In this document: positions 38,989-47,361 of the stretch, piece by piece | Numbering within the stretch: position 1 is the stretch's first letter | How the letters are laid out: each line of letters begins with the position of its first letter | Assembly: GCA_013375475.1 (NCBI GenBank) | Contig: JABXKD010000014.1 | Coordinates: 1 to 53,558 of the forward strand | From: Promethearchaeota archaeon | GTDB taxonomy: Archaea; Asgardarchaeota; Lokiarchaeia; Sigyniarchaeales; SOKP01 | Reading direction: 5' to 3' | DNA: 53,558 nt | Made by a program: the position numbers and the translations under genes | The notes under the pieces: model-generated | What the model saw: only the letters and a program-made list of their open reading frames with translations | The model's database searches: none | What the model was told of the DNA's origin: nothing

Positions 38989-39768
38989 TTATACTTCTTT
39001 CCTTCTTTTTGCAAGTAAATTAAGTATAAACGAATGTAAGAGTACCCATCCAAATAAAAGAATAAACAACATTAAAAAAATAATTGAAACCGTAAGAGAC
39101 ACTAAAGGTGTCGGATTCAAGATTCCAATAAGACCGAATATGGGGGATAAGGGAGCAAATAATATAAATATAACATATACAATTTTACTTTTTTCACCAA
39201 ATTTAATATGAGTAGTGATATTTAACCACCCAATAAAGATTAAAAGGAAAGGTACAAAATAATAGGAAAAGTCTAAGAAAGGGTAATTCAAACCACCCAA
39301 TGCAAATGCGTGGAAATAGTTGCTATAAAAGTAACCGATCATTAGAAGACAACTTACTGGCGTTGGTACTCCTGTATAACCAGGATCTGCTATAATATTA
39401 AACCTTGCTAACCTCAAAATCGCGCCTAACGCAAAGCAGATACTTCCGATTACAAGAAAATAATCGTAAATTGTCCCAGTTTTAAATGCCTGAAAAGTTA
39501 AAACCGCTGGTACTATACCAAATGTAAGTGAATCGCTTAAAGAATCAAGTTCTTTTCCTATTTCGTTTACCGTTCCAGTTTTCCTCGCGATATATCCATC
39601 TATTAAATCAGTCCCTAATGTGATTGAGATTAAAAAAAAACCTAAAGATACAGCATCTCGGGCTCCAAATGAACCACATATCAACGCGATTATACCGATT
39701 GTGGTCCCTGTTAGCGTCACATAATCCTTTATTTTTAATAAACTGGGTATCGTTGATTTAGTTGACAT
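38989..39768 (-). CDS. pssA: CDP-alcohol phosphatidyltransferase, PssA / archaetidylserine synthase type
   Basis: DLIDGYIAR...GKELDSLSDSLTFG, LRLARFN, YTGVPTP. Confidence 0.85.
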   Translation of the reverse strand: MSTKSTIPSLLKIKDYVTLTGTTIGIIALICGSFGARDAVSLGFFLISITLGTDLIDGYIARKTGTVNEIGKELDSLSDSLTFGIVPAVLTFQAFKTGTIYDYFLVIGSICFALGAILRLARFNIIADPGYTGVPTPVSCLLMIGYFYSNYFHAFALGGLNYPFLDFSYYFVPFLLIFIGWLNITTHIKFGEKSKIVYVIFILFAPLSPIFGLIGILNPTPLVSLTVSIIFLMLFILLFGWVLLHSFILNLLAKRRKEV

Positions 39769-39932
39769 TTTTTTCCCACTTCCTTGATATACTATAATTA
39801 AAATCTTAGTTTAATTAAAACATTTCTTTATACTGTATGTAGAATTTCCAAGCTATCCTTACATTTATTAGACTAAATTGATTATTGATGATTAAAACAT
39901 AATTAAAATATAAAATTATTATAGTTGATTTT

Positions 39933-40712
39933 ATGAATTGTCCGAATTGTGGGGATCCCGTTGATGGTGAATCCCAAAAATTCTGCGAAAAATGCGGCAC
40001 AGATTTACGATCAGTTAAACAAGCGGTTAAAAAGGATGAAAAAATTAGCTTAACCTCTCCTCCAAGTCAACATCCTATAGAAAACAGTGATCTTTTTGAT
40101 TTAAACAGAAACTATTACGTAATTAAAGAACGCATGTGGGATATGGGTTACGGCGATATTATGGATGAAGAAGGTAAACTTATTGGTCGTATGAATCGTA
40201 TATTATTTAGCATAAGAAGACGAGTGGAACTTCAAGAATTGGATGGCACTGTCGTTGCCACTATTCACAGTAAGATAGTTTCCGCGCGTGGTGCTCAAGA
40301 TTTAAAGACGCCAGACGGGGAACTAATAGCTAGAATCAAAAAGAAAATACTAACCTTCTTTAAATCTAAGTTTTATTTGGAAGACCCGCTCGGTACGCGT
40401 TGGTTTGAAGCCGACGGAGACTTTTTTGGCTGGTCGTTTAAAATCTACGATTTAACTACGGGAAAATTAGTAGCAGAAATAGATAAAGCTGATCGGTGGA
40501 GAGATGTCTTCCTCGGGGGAATTTTTGACTTTGCTGATAGATATGCTCTAAGAATTTTAGATAATGAAACTGACAGAAGGATTTTATTAGGTTTTGTTTT
40601 GTCTATTGATAATGTGATGCACGATGCTAGCGGTGGCAGGGGAATGATGGGCGTTCCTTTTGGTCGTGGAAGACGTCCTGGTCCATTTGGAGTTCTTGGT
40701 CGTCGAATGTGA
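39933..40712 (+). CDS. Zinc ribbon + LURP-one/scramblase (Tubby C-like) domain protein
   Basis: CPNCG..FCEKCG; repeated I.DE.G..IG units, GDFFGWSF.I, D.YAL.I, C-terminal helix LLGFVLSID. Confidence 0.8.
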   Translation: MNCPNCGDPVDGESQKFCEKCGTDLRSVKQAVKKDEKISLTSPPSQHPIENSDLFDLNRNYYVIKERMWDMGYGDIMDEEGKLIGRMNRILFSIRRRVELQELDGTVVATIHSKIVSARGAQDLKTPDGELIARIKKKILTFFKSKFYLEDPLGTRWFEADGDFFGWSFKIYDLTTGKLVAEIDKADRWRDVFLGGIFDFADRYALRILDNETDRRILLGFVLSIDNVMHDASGGRGMMGVPFGRGRRPGPFGVLGRRM

Positions 40713-40765
40713 TTAGGATATTCTAAAGATTTTTTTTTGTTTGCCAGTCATATAAATCTTTTTAT

Positions 40766-41257
40766 TTATATTTTATTTCCACAATTTCTACAGAATTTCC
40801 AACTCGGATCGAATTCTTCTCCACAATAACTACAAATATTAGGATCCTGCTCTATTTTAGAAACATTAGTGCTTGGGGACATATTTTTTCTATTGTTTGA
40901 GAGTATGGTTGTCGAATTTATCAATCCATTTAAATGTATACTCCCTTCTTTTCCTATATTTTTTGCATTAGCTGTCGTTATTGAGAATAAATGACCATCT
41001 CTGGTCTCAATTTTTACGATATAAATTCCCTGGACTAATTCATTGTGAGATTTTTTAATATGAGTTAACGGAATCACGAAACCTTCTTTGAAATCGTCAA
41101 CTGAAGTCCCCAATTCGGTAAGGCTTATTTTTGATTTTTTCATAAGTGATAGTTCTTTGTCTGTTAGAATTATCTTCCCTGAATCCATTTTATATTTCCA
41201 ATCTCTTTCCACTTCGCCTTCACAGAAATACCCGTCTGTGTTATAAACTAAGGTTAT
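40766..41257 (-). CDS. Putative PH-like domain + C-terminal zinc ribbon protein
   Basis: G.IILTDK.L, IPLTHI, KIET; CSYCG..FCRNCG; frame stays open upstream of the GTG at 41212 to an ATA 8 nt after GAGGT. Confidence 0.6.
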   Translation of the reverse strand: MTLVYNTDGYFCEGEVERDWKYKMDSGKIILTDKELSLMKKSKISLTELGTSVDDFKEGFVIPLTHIKKSHNELVQGIYIVKIETRDGHLFSITTANAKNIGKEGSIHLNGLINSTTILSNNRKNMSPSTNVSKIEQDPNICSYCGEEFDPSWKFCRNCGNKI

Positions 41258-41437
41258 GATGATTTACCTCTATACAGTGATTATTTATTAAGAAGTTTAG
41301 TTGGTTTGTTATATTATTTGTAGATTCTCCTATTTATAAATTCTATTTAGTCCAATTTTTATAAAGAGCAAAAATATTTAAAGTCGAACTTTAATATTAA
41401 ATTTAAAAATTTAAAATAAAGAATAAGAGAGAAAATT

Positions 41438-41977
41438 ATGTCACTTCAAAAAACACGTGAGTTCATGTTAAATGAAAAAATGATTTCTTTAACAGATAAA
41501 GGTGAAATCAAGAACTTAGAGGGCGAGTTACTTGGCACATTTCGTGGAAATTTAATTAAGATTGGTAATACCTACCGTATAAGAGATCTTAACGATGTTC
41601 CCATATTAACGATTCATGAAAAGATAATCTCTCTTCGCTCAACTTATACATTTTATAGAGGTGGAGAGCAAGAGGACGATAAATTCATTGGGAAACTGAA
41701 ACAAAAAATTGTGGCATTTCCAGCTAAATATTGGTTTGAGGATCCTAATGAGAATAAAGTTTTCACGATGAAAGGAAATGTCATGACGCTTAAATTCAGG
41801 ATTTTTAAAGATGGCCAGGAAGTTGCCGAAATACGAAAAAAATTATGGAAAAGTCTTTTAAAGAATACATTTGGAATAAAAATGTCTCCAGACCTTGATG
41901 ACGATTCCGCAATGCTCATTCTTGGTATAGTCATTATGCTCCACCACGAAAAAGAGGAAAATCGGAAAAGACATTAA
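41438..41977 (+). CDS. LURP-one/scramblase family protein
   Basis: EKMISL, repeated hairpin units, MKGN..LKF.I.KDG..VAEI.KK, TFGI, C-terminal helix LILGIVIML. Confidence 0.82.
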   Translation: MSLQKTREFMLNEKMISLTDKGEIKNLEGELLGTFRGNLIKIGNTYRIRDLNDVPILTIHEKIISLRSTYTFYRGGEQEDDKFIGKLKQKIVAFPAKYWFEDPNENKVFTMKGNVMTLKFRIFKDGQEVAEIRKKLWKSLLKNTFGIKMSPDLDDDSAMLILGIVIMLHHEKEENRKRH

Positions 41978-42006
41978 GAATCAAAAGTTTAGTTTGGTAC
42001 TAATTA

Positions 42007-42030
42007 TTTTTTTTTTTCTATTTTTTTTTT
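42007..42030 (+). terminator. Oligo-T terminator
   Basis: T11 and T10 runs 30 nt after the stop at 41977. Confidence 0.5.
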
Positions 42031-42180
42031 AACTGATATTTTTAATGACAGTAAGTAAGTTTTTAAATAGATTTTAATATTGGAAATTTTATATTTTGGT
42101 AGAAGACTATTTTAGTTAAATTAAACCCTAGTTAAATATAAAACCTAAATACTGGTTCAAACATAAAAGTGTGTAGATAT

Positions 42181-43077
42181 ATGACTGAAAGCTACGAAGA
42201 GTTCATAGTATATGACCTTGAAAACACAGGAGAACGAAAAAAGTTAAATGTTAAACCCGAAGAGCTTCAGAATTATTTAAGTCCAGAACAAGTGTTAATT
42301 ATTATAAGAGAAGACCTCAGAAGAATATTTATTTGGAAGGGGTCGAAATCTCCTGTAAGGAAGAGATTTATTAGCTCTAGAGTAGCACAAGAGTTACAAC
42401 GGGACTTAATTCAGGACTCTCGTTATCATAGGTGTAAAATTATCTCCATTGATCAAGGAGATGAGTTACAAGAATTCTTACACGCCTTCAGGTTGGAATC
42501 TATGGAAGTAACTGAAAAACTTCCCGATATGCGATACATCAGAAACATTGAAAGAGACCGTCTTTTAGAAGTAGAACGCCTTGCAAAAGAACAAAAAGTA
42601 GGAGTACAAAAGGATGATGAGGAATATTATTCTCCAGGCTTAGAGGCTGATGATGTAGTTATTTCTTCGTTTACGAGAGATACACCAACAAGGAAAAAGA
42701 AAGGAACAGCAGAACTAACTGATTTGCTCTCAGAAGAAGATAAAAATCGAATTAAAGAAAAAATATTAAATATAAGCGTTCCAAAAAGCTTAGAACGTCA
42801 AAACTTAATTCTTGGGCATAAATTATATGGAGCAGTTTCAAAAGTAACGGATGTGTTTGGAAAAAATGTTGAGGATATAGTTTGGGAAGAAGTAAAAAAG
42901 CTTCCTAGAGGAGTAATGGAATTGGATGATAATGTGTTTAGAGTTTATTTTGATGACAAAAAAGGAATAGTTGAGGCAGTAGAAGTTTTAAAGAAAGGAG
43001 TTAAACCACCCAAAGGCGATGTTGAGAAACCTAATCCTACATCTGGTAGAAACTTACCAAAAATTCCAAGTAAGTAA
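42181..43077 (+). CDS. Gelsolin-domain protein with C-terminal extra domain (Asgard 1DGelX-like)
   Basis: Gelsolin motifs L..E.VLII, IFIWKGSKS..RKRF, IDQGDE..EFL; second domain RQNLILG..LY...W...R; ATG at 42181 preferred over GTG at 42169. Confidence 0.8.
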   Translation: MTESYEEFIVYDLENTGERKKLNVKPEELQNYLSPEQVLIIIREDLRRIFIWKGSKSPVRKRFISSRVAQELQRDLIQDSRYHRCKIISIDQGDELQEFLHAFRLESMEVTEKLPDMRYIRNIERDRLLEVERLAKEQKVGVQKDDEEYYSPGLEADDVVISSFTRDTPTRKKKGTAELTDLLSEEDKNRIKEKILNISVPKSLERQNLILGHKLYGAVSKVTDVFGKNVEDIVWEEVKKLPRGVMELDDNVFRVYFDDKKGIVEAVEVLKKGVKPPKGDVEKPNPTSGRNLPKIPSK

Positions 43078-43116
43078 AGATTAACTTTTAGACGGTAGTA
43101 TTTATTATTTTAAGTT

Positions 43117-43800
43117 TTAAGCCTCGTCGTCGGGTTCAATTTCTTCCAAAACTTCTTCTTCTTCGGAATCTTCTTCTCCTTCAGCTTCTTCCTCGCTCTC
43201 GCTAAATTCAATTGTTTTTGGTTCTACTTCATCAGGTTCTGATGGCTTTTCAATAGGTTCTCTGTATTCCGCTTCAATTTTTTCAGGTATATTTTTCTTC
43301 TTGATTTTTTTTAAACCTTCTATTGCTTCCTTCCGCACTATTGGGCTTTTATCCTTCAAAGCTTTGGCTAATATATCCAACGAGTGGGGGTGATGATAAT
43401 CTCCTAATTCATCAGCAGCCTCTTTACGAACTAATTCATCGGAATCGTTCATTAAAATGTAAGCAAAAACGCCTAGAACTTCTGCTTCTCCTAAATCTCC
43501 TAAGGTGTCAACAGCATCCTTTCTAACGCCAGGATCAGGATCAGTTAATGCTGTATTGGCCAATTCTTTTAAAGTCCTATCGGAATATCCTAATGGCCTT
43601 ATAGAACTTAAATCCACTCCGCAGAATTTACAAAAATTATGACCAATTTTAATTACTTTACCACACGAAGGGCAAATACGCTGAGTATCAAAATTAATAC
43701 CATCTTTTGCAAAACTCGTGGGAGCTGGCTCATGTTCAGGCTCTCTATTTACCCTATAAGGATTTTTCCCTTGATTTGGATTATGTTTATTGTATCCCAT
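43117..43800 (-). CDS. Zinc ribbon + HEAT (PBS-lyase type) repeat protein with acidic tail
   Basis: CPSCG..FCKFCG; three D..VRK.A...LG repeats; E/D-rich C-terminus. Confidence 0.82.
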   Translation of the reverse strand: MGYNKHNPNQGKNPYRVNREPEHEPAPTSFAKDGINFDTQRICPSCGKVIKIGHNFCKFCGVDLSSIRPLGYSDRTLKELANTALTDPDPGVRKDAVDTLGDLGEAEVLGVFAYILMNDSDELVRKEAADELGDYHHPHSLDILAKALKDKSPIVRKEAIEGLKKIKKKNIPEKIEAEYREPIEKPSEPDEVEPKTIEFSESEEEAEGEEDSEEEEVLEEIEPDDEA

Positions 43801-44049
43801 TTTTTATACTCTTTTTTTTATTTCTCTATATTGCTTCTTTTAACTTAAGATTATAATAGAATTTAGTTTTAATTAACTTAATGTAGACCAATTTTTTATA
43901 ATTTTTCAATAAAATTATTTATCCATCGATTGATAGGATACTTTCTTTTCTTAAAAGAATCGACATTCTGAAAGAAAAAATAATTTTGATTAAAAAAAAA
44001 TTAAATATTCGTATAAAAAATAAATAGGTAAAAAAAAATTTGTTTTTTG

Positions 44050-45111
44050 TTAAGCTATGGTTATGTCTTTAGATAAATATACATCTTGTACGGCGTTAAG
44101 AATTCTAATTCCCTCGGGAGTTGGTTTCTTAAACGCTTTTCTACCTAAAATGAGTCCCATACCACCAGAGCGTTTATTGATCACTGCAGCTTTCACAGCA
44201 TCAGCTAGATCGTTTCCACCCGTTTCTCCACCAGAATTAATCAATCCAACCCTTCCCATATAACAATTAGCGACTTGATAACGGTTCCATTCGATGGGAT
44301 GATCTGTTGCTAATTTGTCGTAAACGAGTTTGTCCGTCTTACCGTAGTTTAAATCTAAGAACCCTCGATTTAAGGTAGAAAGCTTTTGTTTTATTATATC
44401 TGCTTCTATTGTAACTCCAAGATAATTAGCTTGGCTTTCTAAATCGTTCGCCGTGTGATAATCTTTTCCATCTTTAATGAACTCTTCTTTGTTCCTAAGA
44501 TAAGTCCATAATACACACACAAGTCCAAGCTCATGGGCGTATTTAAAAGCTTCAGATGTTTCTTGTATTTGTCTTCGCGAATAATCAGAACCAAAATAGA
44601 TTGTTGAACCGACCGCCGCAGCTCCCATATCCCACGCTTGATCTACGCTTGCGAACATAGTCTGATCAGATAAATCCGGTTTTGTAAGCAATTCGTTATG
44701 GTTTAATTTCACTACAAATGGGATTTTGCGCGCATATCTCCTGCTAACTGAGCCTAGAACCCCTAGAGTGGATGCAACACCATTGCATCCTCCGTCTATT
44801 GCTAGCTTAATTATGTTCTCGGGATCAAAGTACCGAGGATTTACCGCAAAACTGGCTGATGCGGTGTGTTCTATCCCTTGATCTACGGGAAGTATCGAAA
44901 TATAACCGGTACCCGCTAATCTACCTCGCTGGTTAAACATCCGCTCCATATTGTTTAGCACTAAATTATTGCGATCAGAGTGCTCCCAAACTCTCTCCAT
45001 ATAATCTGGTCCTGGAGCGTGAATCATCTCCTTGGGAATTCCTGTGCATGTATGATTTAAAAGGTCATCCGCATCTTTACCAAGTAATTTTTTAATTTCT
45101 TCAAAATTCAT
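44050..45111 (-). CDS. fbaB: Class I fructose-bisphosphate aldolase (DhnA/FbaB type)
   Basis: [45 protein letters not shown]. Confidence 0.95.
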   Translation of the reverse strand: MNFEEIKKLLGKDADDLLNHTCTGIPKEMIHAPGPDYMERVWEHSDRNNLVLNNMERMFNQRGRLAGTGYISILPVDQGIEHTASASFAVNPRYFDPENIIKLAIDGGCNGVASTLGVLGSVSRRYARKIPFVVKLNHNELLTKPDLSDQTMFASVDQAWDMGAAAVGSTIYFGSDYSRRQIQETSEAFKYAHELGLVCVLWTYLRNKEEFIKDGKDYHTANDLESQANYLGVTIEADIIKQKLSTLNRGFLDLNYGKTDKLVYDKLATDHPIEWNRYQVANCYMGRVGLINSGGETGGNDLADAVKAAVINKRSGGMGLILGRKAFKKPTPEGIRILNAVQDVYLSKDITIA

Positions 45112-45208
45112 ATTAAATTCATCAGATTTTTTAAATTGAAACTAAAAAAGAAATAGGAGTCCTACTATAAAATGTTTTTCTTTTAAAACTTCAACAAAGG
45201 ATAAACTG

Positions 45209-45493
45209 TTATTCAGATGGAGAACTAGGGCTAAAAAATTCTTTTAACAAATCAGAAAGAAGGTGATAGTTATTTGAATTAATGTTGGATTTCCCACATT
45301 CTAGTTTTAATAAAATTTTTCGCTTTTCAGCGCCATTAGTTTCTAATTTTACCACTAGTTTCTTGCTAATATGTTTGGAATTTCCTTCTATTGTCGAGCT
45401 CCTACCCCATAAATCTTCTAGATGGTCCATAGCTCGCTCTTTTTTCTTAACATTCTTACTGGTGCTAATTGTTTGAACCTGAGGTTTCTCCAT
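45209..45493 (-). CDS. Small hypothetical protein
   Basis: 94-aa ORF with GTGA upstream; fills the gap between neighbours; no recognised motif. Confidence 0.45.
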   Translation of the reverse strand: MEKPQVQTISTSKNVKKKERAMDHLEDLWGRSSTIEGNSKHISKKLVVKLETNGAEKRKILLKLECGKSNINSNNYHLLSDLLKEFFSPSSPSE

Positions 45494-45640
45494 TTACTTC
45501 ACAGTTTTTAAAACCAAATTAGTTTTGATTCTACTTACTTCTTTACATCCTTCTATAAAAAGCCCATTAATCTTTTTGCTGATCAGTAGATTTTACTACG
45601 ATATAAAAAAACTTTAATTTCTTCTACCGTTGTATATCTT

Positions 45641-45979
45641 ATGCCAGATGAGTTTGATTTTAAAAATTACAAATCAATGGAAGAATATAGCCAAAGTTTG
45701 GAGGGGACAAAATATTTGCACGATCTTTATTTAAAAGCTGTTAATCATCCTGTAAGAAGGGAGATATTAGAAATAGTTAATAAGAACACGAAAATTGCTA
45801 GAAAAGAGCTACTTAAGATATTAATTGAAAAAAAAATAATTAAAGAAGAAAACCAATTAGTCTATAATGTTGATTACTTAATCAAAGCTTTTTGTATCAA
45901 TTCCATCAATGATGATAGCAGTGGAGAAATCTTTTATGAAATCACTCAAAGTGGAAAAGTAATTGAATATTTTGAATAA
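45641..45979 (+). CDS. ArsR-like winged-helix protein
   Basis: KAVNHPVRREILE, L.YNVDYL, YEITQSG. Confidence 0.75.
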   Translation: MPDEFDFKNYKSMEEYSQSLEGTKYLHDLYLKAVNHPVRREILEIVNKNTKIARKELLKILIEKKIIKEENQLVYNVDYLIKAFCINSINDDSSGEIFYEITQSGKVIEYFE

Positions 45980-46006
45980 TCTCTTTCCTTTATCCTTGAA
46001 AATCAA

Positions 46007-47290
46007 TTATAAAAAAGTAATACTTTTTTCTTTACTTGAAAATAAATCATCTTCGTTAGTATCTGATAACCTTCGAAAGTCCATAACTTTCGAAGAGGCA
46101 AAGTATTCGAAATCAAAATCTACAATGTCACCTGCGTTTCTATCAGGGATAGGCATAAGTCGAGCAGTAAGTGGTTTATTCAATCTTAAAGAGATGGTAC
46201 ACAGATCTAATAAGATATAAAACAATTCTCGTTCAGATATATTACCTGGTAAAGGAACGCAATCTAATCCCGTCCCACAAATAGTCGCGTACAGTAGTAA
46301 TGTATCTAAATTAAAATTATTTTCTGATAAACTATTTGCGATTGTATAATCTTCAAGGACGGAGGGCATAAAACCTGAAAAACCAATAACTTTTTTCCTC
46401 TTAGGTATAGCATTTTTTATCATAGCTACTCCTATTAGAGACCCTGGGGCTCCAAAATATTCGAAATTTAGTTTTTCGAACGCAGTTCCAATACTTTTCT
46501 CTGCGGTAGGATACGGCGCAGGAGAAAAATCAATTCCTTTAAATTCAATACCGTTCTTAGTGGCTACTTCTTCGCAAATGTTCAACAGAAAATCGTAAAT
46601 TTCGTTAAACCTTACTCCTAAGCGTTCATGTGCGTCTTCAAAACTTTTGGAAGATTCAAAAATCCGAACGACCTCATCAGCCATTTCCAGAGCTAAACCG
46701 AATGAAGCTCCTTCTGACAGGTGATAAGCTGCGGGAAAGAAGGGAGTATCGGGAGGGACGTTACTACTCACGCAAAAATTTAGATTATGGAATGGATCTG
46801 GTTGAGATAATGCTTTAATAATTTTTGCACTTGACCGAAGCGCAGAGAGATTAAGCCCGTTTTCTTTTGAAGCCACTTGTACAGAAGTGAAAAATTTCTC
46901 TCTTCGTTTGATGAAATTAGGAATCTCATTTAATAATAATTTCTCATAAATACCATATTTTTGTATTTGTTCGTCAGCTATGACCGTACAAGAAGCAAAA
47001 TAATCGAAATCGTACTTAGATAGGATATTTTCCAAAATACCTAATTGGTCGTGTATTCTTGTTAAAGTTTCGTTCAAATTTTTCGAGTAAAATTGCGGGT
47101 CATAGGATAAAATCGGTTGAGAACACAACCTTTTAGTCTGTACCTCGATACCTATATTGTTGAGTTTTTGAATGAGGTCATTATTGAAAGAAGAAAACCT
47201 TTGAAGTTTCTGTTCCATATAATTCTCGAGTTCTTTATCTTCTGCTAAATATGGAACTTTCTGTCCAATTGTAATAGCACGAACTTTCAT
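46007..47290 (-). CDS. DUF711 family protein
   Basis: KVRAIT, PFFPAAYH, GIDFSPAP, GFSGFM.SVLED, ICGTGLDCVPLPG, KPLTARLMP. Confidence 0.88.
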   Translation of the reverse strand: MKVRAITIGQKVPYLAEDKELENYMEQKLQRFSSFNNDLIQKLNNIGIEVQTKRLCSQPILSYDPQFYSKNLNETLTRIHDQLGILENILSKYDFDYFASCTVIADEQIQKYGIYEKLLLNEIPNFIKRREKFFTSVQVASKENGLNLSALRSSAKIIKALSQPDPFHNLNFCVSSNVPPDTPFFPAAYHLSEGASFGLALEMADEVVRIFESSKSFEDAHERLGVRFNEIYDFLLNICEEVATKNGIEFKGIDFSPAPYPTAEKSIGTAFEKLNFEYFGAPGSLIGVAMIKNAIPKRKKVIGFSGFMPSVLEDYTIANSLSENNFNLDTLLLYATICGTGLDCVPLPGNISERELFYILLDLCTISLRLNKPLTARLMPIPDRNAGDIVDFDFEYFASSKVMDFRRLSDTNEDDLFSSKEKSITFL

Positions 47291-47361
47291 AATTTCTCAT
47301 TGCAAAATATAAATTTATGTAGTTTATATAAGAAAAGTAGCTTTAAAATCCTTATATTTCT

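Noticed and set aside
46007-47290. DUF711 as the partner or activase of the glycyl radical enzyme
   Set aside because: About 35 kb away and has no radical-SAM CxxxCxxC motif
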